The notes: a model not told the origin generated them from the sequence alone. A stretch of 64,000 nucleotides of DNA from Desulfatiglandales bacterium (GCA_963666345.1 OY762721.1:4000001-4064000); one strand, 5' to 3'. Positions 50,814 to 63,999 are shown, numbered from the stretch's first letter. A program made the numbers and translations.

Positions 50814-51407
50814 CTATTTTTTACCAAGCATATTCATCAGGCACAGCATTAGACCCAGACATACAAAGGCCCCGGGGGCCTCAACCATGAAGGTAAAGGG
50901 CTTGAAAGAGGGGCCGAAAAGTTCCATATTGAGCAGCGTTCCATATCCAAGGGCCTCCCTGAACATGGCAAGTACGGTAAGGGAAAGGGTAAAACCTATT
51001 CCTATACCCAGACCGTCGGCAAAAGATGGAATAACACTGTTTTTTGCCGCAAATGCCTCGGCGCGACCCAGGACTATGCAGTTTACGACTATAAGGGGGA
51101 TAAATATGCCCAGTTTGAGAAACAGGGGGTATGTGTAGGCCTGCATCACCAGTTCCACAACCGTGACAAAAGTCGCTATTACAACTATATAGCAGGCTAT
51201 CCTCACTTTTTTGGGAATTACATTTCTCAGAAGTGAGATTATTATATTGGAGCAGACCAGAACAAAGGTTGTGGCTACGCCCATACCGATGCCGTTTTCC
51301 ACGGTCTTTGTCACCGCCAGGGTAGGGCAGAGCCCCAGAACAAGGCGGAAAGGAGGAATCTCAGCCCAAAGCCCCTTTGCAAATTCCTGAACAACACTCT
51401 TTGCCAT
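50814..51407 (-). CDS. rnfE: Rnf complex subunit E
   Basis: LGLCPTLAVT, IPLIVVNCIVLGRAEAFA. Confidence 0.95.
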   Translation of the reverse strand: MAKSVVQEFAKGLWAEIPPFRLVLGLCPTLAVTKTVENGIGMGVATTFVLVCSNIIISLLRNVIPKKVRIACYIVVIATFVTVVELVMQAYTYPLFLKLGIFIPLIVVNCIVLGRAEAFAAKNSVIPSFADGLGIGIGFTLSLTVLAMFREALGYGTLLNMELFGPSFKPFTFMVEAPGAFVCLGLMLCLMNMLGKK

Positions 51408-51487
51408 GACCCGTTTTCTCCCGTTTTAGCATGACGAGCCCCTGTGTGAGCGCCCCTGGTATCAGGGGCCTCCGGGGTTCGGCTATT

Positions 51488-52069
51488 TTAACCCATCTGT
51501 TCAATTATCTTGTCTTTGAGCCTGGAATAGATCTGCGATAAATCGGTAACCGCCGCACAAACTCCACGTGAGGTAAATGTCGCCCCGCTTATCGCGTCTA
51601 TATCTCCTCCGTCGGTCCTCACCTTGAAGGGCGCCTTCATTGAAAGGCCCTTGAACTGGGACACGAACGAGGGATCGGTCTTCGCCCTGGAGCCCACACC
51701 CGGGGTTTCGCTGTGGGTGGTGACGCCTACTCCCACTATCTCGTCCGTCTCTATGTTCACGGCCGCTATGACTCCCACATCTCCGCCATAGCCCTTTCCG
51801 TAAGACTCAAAGGCAACCGTATTCTTCTTGCCGTTGAATTGGCCGATGAAGAAATTGCGTTCCATTTTGCCGTCCATTATCTTGAAACGGTCCACAAGGG
51901 GATCATTGGTGCAGCCCTCCATTATCTGTTTGATTGTAGGACCCTTTACGAATTTGAGCTGCTGATACTCTATTTTTTCCTGTGTCCCGTTTCGAACGGT
52001 CGCAAGCAGCCCCCCGGACACCGCGCTGAAGATGGTGATAACGATAAAAAGTCTAAACATCTCACGCAT
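51488..52069 (-). CDS. rnfG: Rnf complex subunit G
   Basis: GYGG, HSETPGVG, DAISGATFTS FMN-attachment motif. Confidence 0.93.
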   Translation of the reverse strand: MREMFRLFIVITIFSAVSGGLLATVRNGTQEKIEYQQLKFVKGPTIKQIMEGCTNDPLVDRFKIMDGKMERNFFIGQFNGKKNTVAFESYGKGYGGDVGVIAAVNIETDEIVGVGVTTHSETPGVGSRAKTDPSFVSQFKGLSMKAPFKVRTDGGDIDAISGATFTSRGVCAAVTDLSQIYSRLKDKIIEQMG

Positions 52070-53030
52070 GTTCAACCCCCCTACCCAGGGCCTTCGGCCT
52101 GATTTTGTCAATAAGCGGATTAGCCACGTTCATAAGCAGGATGGTGAAAACCACACCATCAGTGAAAGCGCCCAGGTTGCGTACCAGGATCGTGAGAATT
52201 CCCGCCCCTGCCCCGTAGATAAGCATGGGAATGAAATTGACCGGAGAAGAGGAATCCTCCGGTGCAAGGAAAAAGGCGCCGATCAGCGTATAACCTGTAA
52301 AGATGTGAAACAGAGGCTGGGCGTATTTTGCCGAATCAATCATATTGAATACCAGAGCGGTGACAAATATACCCGCAAGAAAGGATACAGGGATCTCCCA
52401 GCGCACATGACCTCTCAGAATGAGATATATTCCTCCGACAATAAGACCCAGACCGAAGGTCGATCCGATCCCGCCCACCTGTCTGCCCATGATAAGTCCC
52501 GCCAGACTGTAATCGGCCGCTGCTTCCGCGCCGAAGTGCTTGACCGCTCCCAGAGGAAATAGCATGTAAAAGTCAAAATCGTAGTTTACCAGGGCTTCGT
52601 CAAAGCGCAGTATACCCTTCCATGAAAGCAGGAGGATCGCTACCGCCACAAGTGTGGGGTTAAATGGGTTGCATCCTACCCCTCCGTATATGAGCTTGCC
52701 TATTATTATCGCCGCAAATGTCCCTATAAGGACTACCCACCAAGGCAGGGTGGCGGGCATAAGCATAGAGAAAAGGAGTCCTATCAAAGCGGCATTACCG
52801 TCACCTATGGTAACCGGCCTTTTCATCACCAGGTTCATAAGCAATTCCCATAGCATGGCGCACGACACTGAAAAGGCCACAACAGCAAGGGCCGGAATCC
52901 CGTACTGAAAAATGCCGAAGATAACCGCCGGAAGTGCGGCAAGCATGATATCGTAACTCTTTTTAGTAATAGAGCTTCCATTGTGCCAGAAAGGTGCATA
53001 GGAGCTTACTAACAGCTTGTTGCTACGCAT
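52062..53030 (-). CDS. rnfD: Rnf complex subunit D
   Basis: KLIYGGVGCNPFNP, GAFFLAPED, ILLMNVANPLID. Confidence 0.92.
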   Translation of the reverse strand: MRSNKLLVSSYAPFWHNGSSITKKSYDIMLAALPAVIFGIFQYGIPALAVVAFSVSCAMLWELLMNLVMKRPVTIGDGNAALIGLLFSMLMPATLPWWVVLIGTFAAIIIGKLIYGGVGCNPFNPTLVAVAILLLSWKGILRFDEALVNYDFDFYMLFPLGAVKHFGAEAAADYSLAGLIMGRQVGGIGSTFGLGLIVGGIYLILRGHVRWEIPVSFLAGIFVTALVFNMIDSAKYAQPLFHIFTGYTLIGAFFLAPEDSSSPVNFIPMLIYGAGAGILTILVRNLGAFTDGVVFTILLMNVANPLIDKIRPKALGRGVEHA

Positions 53031-54300
53031 TTGATAATTCCTCCGCGTTATTTATCCTGGCGTATTCATGCTTTCCCAGCATGATATAGTGAAATATCGG
53101 AATCTTCGCCACACAGACATAGGTGCAAAGGCCGCATTCAATGCATGAAAGAAGGTCGTAATCGTTTGCCGCCTCTTCATAAAGGCCGTTTTCAAGGAGC
53201 CTTACAAGCATGTTGACCGGCACTTTTGCAGGACAGGCCCTTACGCATTCGCCGCAGTTTATGCAGTGGCTGTCGGAGTTCCAGGCTATCCTGCCGCCGT
53301 CCTGAACCATGAGGGCGTCAGTGTCATGCCTTATTGCGATATCCTCCGAATAGACCGCATTTCCCATCATAGGGCCTCCCATTACTATCCTGTCCCCGTA
53401 GCGGACTTCGATGCCGAGGGCCTGAAATATATGGCTTATAGGCGTGCCTATTCTTGCCTTCACTGTGGTGGCGCGGTTATCCCTGTCTATCACGGTTATA
53501 ATCTTGTCAACGGGAATCCTCCCGGAATCAAGGGCTGATGCAAGGGCGACAACCCCTTCGGCGTTTATGACGCCTATTCCTGATGACCTGATATCCCTTG
53601 CGTTGGATATCTTTATGCCCAGTACATCTTTGAGGATCATTACGGGAAGGGTATCAGGGTAAGCGCCTTTTACCTCTTCAATCCGTATACCCGTTTCCGC
53701 TGCTGAATCTGCAAGTTCAGGAGGAACGAGAAATAACGTTTTTTTGAGGGGAAAGATCCCTTTTAGATATTCAATACCTTTAGAGATCAGCTCTATTTGG
53801 GTTCCCGCCGCCACCTGATTGGTCGTGACAAGCAGGTCTCTGTCTATACCGAAGACCAGCAGTGTATCAACCGCGATGTCATCTCTTATGAAAAGAGAGG
53901 GGTCCACTCCCGGCAGAATGGATAAGAATTCAAGGGCCTTTTCGCTTAACCCGCCTGTGAAATCAAGCCCTTCATCGAACTGATCTTTACCTGAGACTTC
54001 GATGTTGACAGCCTTGTATTCTGATCCGTTTGTGCCTGTAAAATCAGATATCTCCTTTATGGAGCCTGTGACGGTTGAGATCAAGTATTCACCGCCCCCT
54101 TCATGAATCATTATCTTCTGTCCGGTTTTTACATGCTCTCCTAAAGCAGGCAACAGCCTGCCCGGGCTCTTACCGGTTTCCAGATACAGGGTAACCTTGG
54201 ACGGCAGAGGTAGATCCACGATTTTATGAACGGCAAAATCATCAATTACCGGATATTTCAGCTTAGGTCTTGCCAAACTGAAAAACGGTTTTTTTACCAT
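53023..54300 (-). CDS. rnfC: Rnf complex subunit C (divergent)
   Basis: GGPMMG, CINCGECVRACP, CIECGLCTYVC; operon position. Confidence 0.88.
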   Translation of the reverse strand: MVKKPFFSLARPKLKYPVIDDFAVHKIVDLPLPSKVTLYLETGKSPGRLLPALGEHVKTGQKIMIHEGGGEYLISTVTGSIKEISDFTGTNGSEYKAVNIEVSGKDQFDEGLDFTGGLSEKALEFLSILPGVDPSLFIRDDIAVDTLLVFGIDRDLLVTTNQVAAGTQIELISKGIEYLKGIFPLKKTLFLVPPELADSAAETGIRIEEVKGAYPDTLPVMILKDVLGIKISNARDIRSSGIGVINAEGVVALASALDSGRIPVDKIITVIDRDNRATTVKARIGTPISHIFQALGIEVRYGDRIVMGGPMMGNAVYSEDIAIRHDTDALMVQDGGRIAWNSDSHCINCGECVRACPAKVPVNMLVRLLENGLYEEAANDYDLLSCIECGLCTYVCVAKIPIFHYIMLGKHEYARINNAEELSNA

Positions 54301-54361
54301 TTGAACCTCCTATCAAAAAAAGATAGTCGCACTGAAGCATCCATGAATTTATTGCCGCATG

Positions 54362-54736
54362 CTACAGCACATGGCATTCCGAACAATTAACCGCCCCGGC
54401 CCCGTATTCCTCATGACACCCCTTGCACTGGAGGTGAAAGGCGTCTGATCTTTTTACAGGGTCTTCACTGTCCGGTTCGTGGCAGTTCCCGCATGCCTCA
54501 GGTTTTGAATCCCCGCCTTCCCACATGTGATGACAGTCCTCACATGAGAGCCCGTATCCGTCCTCGCCGGCGTGCTCTTTGTGGCTGAAAAGGACATCCC
54601 CGGCGCTGTTTTTGAGCATTATCCTGACCGGTTCTTCAGGAGAGGTTACCGGAAAGACGGCATAGCATACTACTCCCACGACAAGGAGCAGGGCGGCAAG
54701 AAGAAAGGCGAAAATCTTTTCACGCTTGACATTCAT
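54362..54736 (-). CDS. Tetraheme cytochrome c3 heading the rnf operon
   Basis: N-terminal hydrophobic segment; FSHKEH; four CxxCH motifs (CEDCH, CGNCH, CKGCH, CSECH). Confidence 0.92.
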   Translation of the reverse strand: MNVKREKIFAFLLAALLLVVGVVCYAVFPVTSPEEPVRIMLKNSAGDVLFSHKEHAGEDGYGLSCEDCHHMWEGGDSKPEACGNCHEPDSEDPVKRSDAFHLQCKGCHEEYGAGAVNCSECHVL

Positions 54737-55466
54737 TTTATATTTTCCTTGGTTTCTGTCTTTTTATGAAGATATCACCGCATAAGATAAAAAAGGCTTT
54801 CAGGCTTGTCAGGGCGGGGGCATCTGTAACGGTATGTTTTAGGAAGGTCAAATAATGTTGGTTTTTCGCCATCTGATTATCCAGCAGATCACGGGTTCCC
54901 CGGAACCTGGAGATCAGGGATCCTGCGGGAAGTTAAATAATAGGTTAGTGCCCGGTATAACTTTCGCCTGATTAGCTCAACCTTTCGGTTCAGCGGACAG
55001 ATTGTTCTTCACTCCCGCATCTAAATCAAGTATTTTCACAGGAAGTTCCAAACTTGAAAACTTTTATCTCTAAGAAAGGCCTCTTGTCAAGGGGCTTTTG
55101 GGTGATGATAATTTGATTCGATTCCTGCTTGGGGGAGGGCCGTTACAAGGCTAAGCGGCTTAAAAGAATACGTTTTTAATGTGGCAGGGGTATCAATTGA
55201 CCTTGATTGACATTTTGCCTGAAAAGTAGAGAATGTCTATCTTGTTTTCATCACCAAATCGAGGGTTTCCTTAAAGAGGTCTCGGCGGTCGGTTTTGACA
55301 TTCACCTTAACAGCCTGTTTATTCGTAACTTTGCCGGCTGGCTGTGTCACATTCCCGCCGGTGGCTCTGATTCGGTTAAGGGGCTGTTCCAGGATGGAAC
55401 CCTATAACATAGACAAGATTGTTAGAGGGTATTTTTTTCACGGTAAAATGGGAGGAAGGGCGGCAG

Positions 55467-56345
55467 ATGTTTAATTACGAAGGACCCATATACAGACCTC
55501 CGAGTGAAGCCGACAGTCTGCTGATACAGGCCACGGTAGGCTGCCCTCACAATAAATGCACATTCTGCATGGTCTATAAAAAAGGCCCTCCATACAGGGT
55601 AAGACCTGTTGAGGAGATAAAGGATGATTTGGAAAAGGCGCGGAAGCTTTACGGCGCCAATGTGAGGAGCCTTTTCTTCCCCGCCGGCAACACCATTGCC
55701 ATGCCTACCGATCAACTGGCGGTTATCTGTGCGCACGCACGGGGTATTTTTCCTGCCCTTGAAAGGATAACCGTGTATGGCTCATCAAGATATATCTTCA
55801 ATAAAGGGCCTGTGGAATTAAGGAGACTGAGGGGCAGCGGGTTGTCCAGGATCCATGTGGGTCTTGAAAGCGGTGATGACGAGGTGCTGAGACGCATAAA
55901 AAAAGGTTCTGATTCGGAAGAACAGATTCAGGCGGGAGTCTGGGTGATGGAGGCGGGAATAGAACTGAGTGAATATGTCATGCTCGGGATAGGAGGCAGG
56001 GAGCGAAGCCTGGAGCACGCTGAACTGACGGCTAAATGCCTGAACGCAATTAATCCCGACTTCATCAGGATACGCACCTTTCTGCCGAAGGTGGATACAC
56101 TGCTTTTGCATCAGATAAGAAAGGGGCGTTTTAAGGTTCTTTCCCCCCATGAGGTGCTGCGTGAAACCCGAACGATTATAGAGGGTCTGGAGGTCGGTTC
56201 AATGATATTAAGTGATCACTACACAAATTATGTGGATCTGCACGGCAGGATGCCTTCGGAAAAAGGCAGGATTCTTGCCGCGATCGAAGAGGCCCTGGGA
56301 AGGGATGAGGGACTGTTCAGATCTGTCTACGTGGGTACGCAATAA
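55467..56345 (+). CDS. Radical SAM protein
   Basis: YRPPSEA, CPHNKCTFC, GLESGDD. Confidence 0.9.
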   Translation: MFNYEGPIYRPPSEADSLLIQATVGCPHNKCTFCMVYKKGPPYRVRPVEEIKDDLEKARKLYGANVRSLFFPAGNTIAMPTDQLAVICAHARGIFPALERITVYGSSRYIFNKGPVELRRLRGSGLSRIHVGLESGDDEVLRRIKKGSDSEEQIQAGVWVMEAGIELSEYVMLGIGGRERSLEHAELTAKCLNAINPDFIRIRTFLPKVDTLLLHQIRKGRFKVLSPHEVLRETRTIIEGLEVGSMILSDHYTNYVDLHGRMPSEKGRILAAIEEALGRDEGLFRSVYVGTQ

Positions 56346-56428
56346 CGGATCGGTGCGTGGTTCGGGCCTGTTCGGCGCGGTTTTTAATCCTTGAAAAACA
56401 ATGTTTGCTCTGATATTTTGTTCTTTAA

Positions 56429-58841
<2,413 letters not shown>

Positions 58842-58884
58842 GACGCGGCTCCCCCCGGTGCAACCAGGGCAAGGGATAAAAAAA

Positions 58885-60441
58885 ATGACAAAAGATTCTT
58901 ATTCACAAAAGATATTGATCCTTGATTTCGGATCACAATACACTCAGCTGATCGCCAGAAGAATAAGGGAATCCCAGGTATACTGCGAGATCCATCCCTT
59001 TAACATCGATATGGAAGAGATAAAGGCCTTCTCCCCGAAAGGGATTATCCTGTCCGGTGGGCCTTCGAGCATATATGAGCCGGGAGCCCCATTCGCCGAC
59101 AGGGAAATCGCTCAATTGAACGTCCCGATTCTTGGAATATGCTATGGCATGCAGTACCTGACCCACATCTTTGGCGGGGTTGTGGCCAACGCAGCAGACA
59201 GGGAATACGGCAATGCCTTTATAACCATTGAAGACCGGTCGGACTTTTTTCACGGACTGGAGAAAAACGACGGACAGCCTGTCTGGATGAGTCATGGCGA
59301 CAGGATAGAGAAGATGCCTGAAGGCTTCAAGGTGCTGGCGAGCAGTAAAAACAGCCCTGCAGCGGCCATCGTGGACAGCTCAAGGCGCTATTTCGGCGTG
59401 CAGTTTCATCCCGAGGTGGTCCATACTCCTGAAGGCCGCAGGATGCTGAAAAATTTTGTCTTCAGGATATGCAAATGCAGCCCTTCCTGGACCATGACCT
59501 CATTTGTGCGTCGAACCGTAAAGAGAATAAGGGCGCAGGTGGGTGAGGAAAGGGTAATCTGCGGACTCTCGGGAGGGGTGGATTCTTCGGTAACTGCGGT
59601 ACTCCTTCACAAGGCCATAGGAAAACAGCTTTCCTGCATCTTTGTGGATAACGGACTTCTCAGAAAAGGTGAAGCCCAGGAGGTCTCAAAGACATTCAAG
59701 GAATACTACGGCATGGACTTTCACCTGGTGGACGCGGCAGACCTTTTCCTTGATCGCCTCAAAGGTGTCGATGATCCGGAGAAAAAGAGAAAGATAATAG
59801 GGGCGGAATTTATCAATGTGTTTGAAGAAAAGGCGATTGAGCTGGGGCAGGCAAAATACCTCGCTCAGGGGACTCTCTATCCCGATGTGATAGAAAGTGT
59901 ATCGTTTAAGGGTCCTTCCGCCACCATAAAGAGCCATCATAATGTGGGAGGTCTTCCGCATGTCATGAATCTGAGGCTTATCGAGCCCTTGCGGGAGTTG
60001 TTCAAGGACGAGGTTCGCGAGGTCGGGGTCGAACTCGACATGCCCAGAGAGATGGTGATGCGCCAGCCGTTTCCAGGGCCCGGTCTGGCCATAAGGGTGC
60101 TGGGGGAGGTCACGCGGGAAAGGCTTGAGATCCTGAGACTAGCGGATCTGATCGTGATCGAGGAGATCAGGAAGGCGGATCTGTATGAAAAGGTGTGGCA
60201 GTCTTTTGCGGTCCTCCTACCCGTAAAAACGGTCGGGGTCATGGGGGACGAGAGGACCTACGAAAATGTGATAGCGGTCAGGGTCGTCGACAGCATGGAC
60301 GCAATGACCGCCGACTGGTCGCGGATTCCCTACTATGTTATGGAGACTATCTCCACTAGGATCATAAACAGCGTTAAGGGAGTAAACAGGGTGGTCTATG
60401 ACATCTCTTCAAAACCGCCTGGGACCATCGAGTGGGAGTAG
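58885..60441 (+). CDS. guaA: GMP synthase
   Basis: [32 protein letters not shown]. Confidence 0.98.
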   Translation: MTKDSYSQKILILDFGSQYTQLIARRIRESQVYCEIHPFNIDMEEIKAFSPKGIILSGGPSSIYEPGAPFADREIAQLNVPILGICYGMQYLTHIFGGVVANAADREYGNAFITIEDRSDFFHGLEKNDGQPVWMSHGDRIEKMPEGFKVLASSKNSPAAAIVDSSRRYFGVQFHPEVVHTPEGRRMLKNFVFRICKCSPSWTMTSFVRRTVKRIRAQVGEERVICGLSGGVDSSVTAVLLHKAIGKQLSCIFVDNGLLRKGEAQEVSKTFKEYYGMDFHLVDAADLFLDRLKGVDDPEKKRKIIGAEFINVFEEKAIELGQAKYLAQGTLYPDVIESVSFKGPSATIKSHHNVGGLPHVMNLRLIEPLRELFKDEVREVGVELDMPREMVMRQPFPGPGLAIRVLGEVTRERLEILRLADLIVIEEIRKADLYEKVWQSFAVLLPVKTVGVMGDERTYENVIAVRVVDSMDAMTADWSRIPYYVMETISTRIINSVKGVNRVVYDISSKPPGTIEWE

Positions 60442-60500
60442 CTGAAAACGGATCCGGATCAATGGAAACCGGCTGAGGCGGATTACAAAAACGGCTATTA

Positions 60501-61232
60501 TTAAAAGGGGAGCGATTTCCAGACAAGGACCAGCCCCATTATGATTAATATCGAATATATGTATTTTTTGAACTGTTCCTGGGGAAGGGACCTGTTGACC
60601 TTTCCTCCCAGATAGACGGCAAGGAGAACCACCGGCAGGGCCAGGACATAGAGTATGAGGACCTTCTGCGTCCACAGACCGCTTACGCCGTGTCCCAGAA
60701 GTATCAGAAATCCGGTAGGGAGGAAATAGCCCTGCATGGTGGCCCTGAAATGCCTGGGAGGCCAGTGCCTTATGGTCCCGTAAATGGCCACCATCGGTCC
60801 GTTTGTGTTGTAGGCGCCACCCAGGACACCGGCGATAAATCCGAAGATATACGAAAGTCCGAATCGGTCCTGTCTTAATATTATATTGGGCCTGATCAGG
60901 TTGTAAAATCCGTAGAGCGCGATTATGGTCCCGAGCATGCCTTTCATGAGGTCTTCGGACACACCCTTTAACATCAGCAGCCCCAGAGGTATTCCGGCCA
61001 GTGACGACAACACAAGTTTCCAGGTCGCTTTAATGTCCGCAACGTGCCAGTTTTTACAGAGTATTGAAATGGAAATCGTAATCGCTACAAAGGCCACCAG
61101 AGGGGTTGCGGTCTGAATGCCTATTGTCATGGCCAGCAGCGGCATGGCGATAACCGCGTCTCCGAATCCCAGGGCGGAGCGTGTGAAAGTTGATACGAAC
61201 AGGATTATTAGAACTACAATATATAATGTCAT
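60501..61232 (-). CDS. TauE/SafE-family membrane protein
   Basis: ALGFGDAVIAMPLL, GVLGGAYNTNGP, multiple TMs. Confidence 0.88.
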   Translation of the reverse strand: MTLYIVVLIILFVSTFTRSALGFGDAVIAMPLLAMTIGIQTATPLVAFVAITISISILCKNWHVADIKATWKLVLSSLAGIPLGLLMLKGVSEDLMKGMLGTIIALYGFYNLIRPNIILRQDRFGLSYIFGFIAGVLGGAYNTNGPMVAIYGTIRHWPPRHFRATMQGYFLPTGFLILLGHGVSGLWTQKVLILYVLALPVVLLAVYLGGKVNRSLPQEQFKKYIYSILIIMGLVLVWKSLPF

Positions 61233-61349
61233 GGAAAGAAATTCCCTTTGCCTACGTCAATCAAGTCATAAAAAAAGAACCGCCAATTAATCATTGTCCA
61301 AAGGGCCTTGTCAAGGAATTAATACCGTAATCAAGAACAGGAGATCATT

Positions 61350-62003
61350 ATGGAAAAACCGATAGATCAGTACTGGCTTAAAAGGCTGGATAATCTCAAA
61401 GATGCCCTTGATGCCAATAACTTCGATGCATTTGTCGCGGGAAGTGCCGATGAGGCAAAGGATCTGGTTTTAAGCCGGATAATTCCTGAAAGCGGGGCAA
61501 AGAGTGTGTCATGGGGCGGTTCACTCACCTTCACCGCTACCGGTCTCTACCATGAACTGAAGCAAATCGAGGGCCTGGAAGTAATAGACACCTTTGAAAA
61601 GGGCAAATCCTTTGAAGATGTTTTTGAACTTCGCAGGCGCTCGCAGTTGGTGGATCTTTTCATCACCGGGACGAATGCGATTACTGAGTCAGGTCAACTC
61701 GTCAATCTGGACATGATAGGAAATCGTGTCTCGGCGATCACCTTCGGTCCCAGGGCCGTGTTAATCCTGGCAGGAAGAAACAAGATCGTATCCGATCTTG
61801 ATGATGCCTTTTTCAGGATAAAAAATTATGCGGCACCGGTTAACGCGATGAGACTTGATAAAAAGACCCCCTGCATCAAGACCTCCTACTGTCAAGACTG
61901 CAGCAGTGTCGATCGCATCTGTAATTCCTGGTCCATAAACGAGAAGTCATTTCCCAAAAAGAGGATCAAGGTGGTCCTGATAAATGAGGACCTTGGTTTT
62001 TAA
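61350..62003 (+). CDS. LUD-domain (lactate utilisation-like) protein
   Basis: GGSLT, TGTNAITESGQLVNLDMIGNRV, GRNKIV, Cys-rich tail. Confidence 0.88.
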   Translation: MEKPIDQYWLKRLDNLKDALDANNFDAFVAGSADEAKDLVLSRIIPESGAKSVSWGGSLTFTATGLYHELKQIEGLEVIDTFEKGKSFEDVFELRRRSQLVDLFITGTNAITESGQLVNLDMIGNRVSAITFGPRAVLILAGRNKIVSDLDDAFFRIKNYAAPVNAMRLDKKTPCIKTSYCQDCSSVDRICNSWSINEKSFPKKRIKVVLINEDLGF

Positions 62004-62011
62004 AGGCCGGA

Positions 62012-62536
62012 TCACCTCTTAAAATTGATGTCAAGATTCATCTCGGCTGCAAGGGCCATCAGGTCCTCCTTGATCCTGCTGATCGGAATTTCCGACGGGA
62101 CCTGTGCCTCCAGGTATAAATTGAAAAGAGGAGCACCTGACAGAGGTGCCTTTTCAATATCGGTGTCAAGGTTTCTTATGTTCACATTATTGGCTCTGAG
62201 CATGTGGACTATGCTTTGAACGATCCCGACGTTATCCATGGCAATTACCTCGATCTTAAGGGGCAGAGAGGGGCTTTGCCGGTTGTTGTCAGGCAGGTCC
62301 GCCTCATTGAGCACCGCCTTGAAACCGTAACCTTCGAGTTCTTTGAGCCCCGATGTTATCCGTTCAAGATTTTCGGTAGAGCTTGAAAAAAGGACCATCA
62401 CGGAAAAAGAGCCTGCCATGGTGGCCATGCGGCTTTCTTCTATGTTCGCACCCCTGTTGAAAAGATATTCGGACACATCGTCTGCGATCCCAGGCCTGTC
62501 CTTTCCCAGCACGAACAGAATCATCTGCTTTTTCAT
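62012..62536 (-). CDS. Tandem-ACT protein (GcvR-like)
   Basis: GKDRPGI, ANIEESRM, DNVGIV. Confidence 0.88.
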   Translation of the reverse strand: MKKQMILFVLGKDRPGIADDVSEYLFNRGANIEESRMATMAGSFSVMVLFSSSTENLERITSGLKELEGYGFKAVLNEADLPDNNRQSPSLPLKIEVIAMDNVGIVQSIVHMLRANNVNIRNLDTDIEKAPLSGAPLFNLYLEAQVPSEIPISRIKEDLMALAAEMNLDINFKR

Positions 62537-63433
62537 CTAATCCTCCTTGATAACATTTGCCATGTTGCAGTAAAGATTCCCGGCGTTAAAAGAGCTTCTC
62601 ACAAAGGGACCGCTTTCAACCTGCTTGAACCCCATGTGGAGGGCTGTCTTTTTGTACTCATCAAATTCCTCCGGAGGCAAAAACCTCGAAACCGGATAAT
62701 GCCCGCTTGAGGGCTGAAGATACTGGCCTAGGGTCAAAATGGAACATCCCGCATCGACCAGCCTCCTGAAAACTTCAATTACCTCATCTTTTTTTTCACC
62801 CAGGCCGAGCATCAGCCCCGATTTGGTATACATTGCGGGGGATATCTTGCGGGTATTTTTCAAAACTCCTATGGACCGCTTAAAATCCGCCCCCCGCCTT
62901 ATCCCGGCATAGAGCCTCGGTACGGTCTCGATGTTATGATTCAGGACATCAGGTCCTGCCTCGACAACCTGTTTAAGGGCTTCTGTGTCGCCCTGAAAAT
63001 CGGGTATCAGGACCTCGACATGCCCTGAAGGGATGAATTTCCGTATCTTTTCTATTGTGCGGGAAAAAACAGATGCCCCGCCGTCCGGCAGATCGTCTCT
63101 TGTGACCGATGTTACAACAATATAGTCCAGTTTCATAACCGAGGCGGAGTAAGCCAGCCTCTGAGGTTCATCAGGATCAGGAGGTCCTTTCGGGCCGTGG
63201 GCAATCGCACAAAAAAGGCAGTTCCTTGTGCAGCGGTTTCCCATAATAAGAAAGGTGGCCGTTCCCTTTGAAAAGCATTCGAATATATTGGGACATTTCG
63301 CCTCCTGGCATACCGTATTGAGGCTGCTCTTTGCCAAAAGGGCGCGAACCCGTTCATATTCAGGCCCCTTGGGAAGCCTTTTCCTGAGCCAGTGAGGCTT
63401 TTTGACTGATATTTTAGAGATGTCTTTTTTCAT
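62537..63433 (-). CDS. lipA: Lipoyl synthase
   Basis: CQEAKCPNIFEC, CTRNCLFC, GPFVRSS. Confidence 0.97.
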   Translation of the reverse strand: MKKDISKISVKKPHWLRKRLPKGPEYERVRALLAKSSLNTVCQEAKCPNIFECFSKGTATFLIMGNRCTRNCLFCAIAHGPKGPPDPDEPQRLAYSASVMKLDYIVVTSVTRDDLPDGGASVFSRTIEKIRKFIPSGHVEVLIPDFQGDTEALKQVVEAGPDVLNHNIETVPRLYAGIRRGADFKRSIGVLKNTRKISPAMYTKSGLMLGLGEKKDEVIEVFRRLVDAGCSILTLGQYLQPSSGHYPVSRFLPPEEFDEYKKTALHMGFKQVESGPFVRSSFNAGNLYCNMANVIKED

Positions 63434-63999
63434 GATTTGATCCTGGATTTAAATAAGTTCCCCAGGTCCGTTCTTTCTACTGTGATTCCAAAAATGTCTT
63501 TCATATATTTCAAAAGGGATGCCTTTACATCCTCAAAGGGCAATCCCGAGCTGAGTTGCCTTTTCAGGGAGGTCATTTTGACCCCTTTGAGCCCGCAGGG
63601 ATTAATCCAGTCAAAAGGGTCAAGTGAGTTGTTTACATTTAAGGCTATGCCGTGTGAGGTAACCCCGTTTTTAACGGCTATGCCCACGCTTCCCAATTTT
63701 AAAGAACCGGCAAATACGCCTCTGTTAATATCACTTCTTCCGGCGGCTACACCCCAGTGCCGGGATGTCCTTATCATCACTTCCTCAAGCCTTGAAACGA
63801 AATCGACCACTGAAATACCTTGCTTTTTGATGTTTACCAGAGGATAGGCTATTAGTTGCCCGGGACCATGATAGGTTATATCTCCCCCTCTATCGGTCTG
63901 TATGACAGGGATAGAGGAGTTTTCGATGTCTTTTCCGGAAACAAGCGAATTTGCCATCTCACCCCTCCTGCCGAGGGTAAATACCGGTCTATGCTCTGT
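63430..63999 (-). CDS. lipB: Lipoyl(octanoyl) transferase, 5'-partial
   Basis: Frame open to the window edge: EHRPVFTLGR, RGGDITYHGPGQL, HGIALNV, INPCG. Confidence 0.95.
   Translation of the reverse strand, partial: TEHRPVFTLGRRGEMANSLVSGKDIENSSIPVIQTDRGGDITYHGPGQLIAYPLVNIKKQGISVVDFVSRLEEVMIRTSRHWGVAAGRSDINRGVFAGSLKLGSVGIAVKNGVTSHGIALNVNNSLDPFDWINPCGLKGVKMTSLKRQLSSGLPFEDVKASLLKYMKDIFGITVERTDLGNLFKSRIKS

Noticed and set aside
55351..55368. FMN-riboswitch-like ATTCCCGCCGGTGG
   Set aside because: Other conserved FMN aptamer segments are absent
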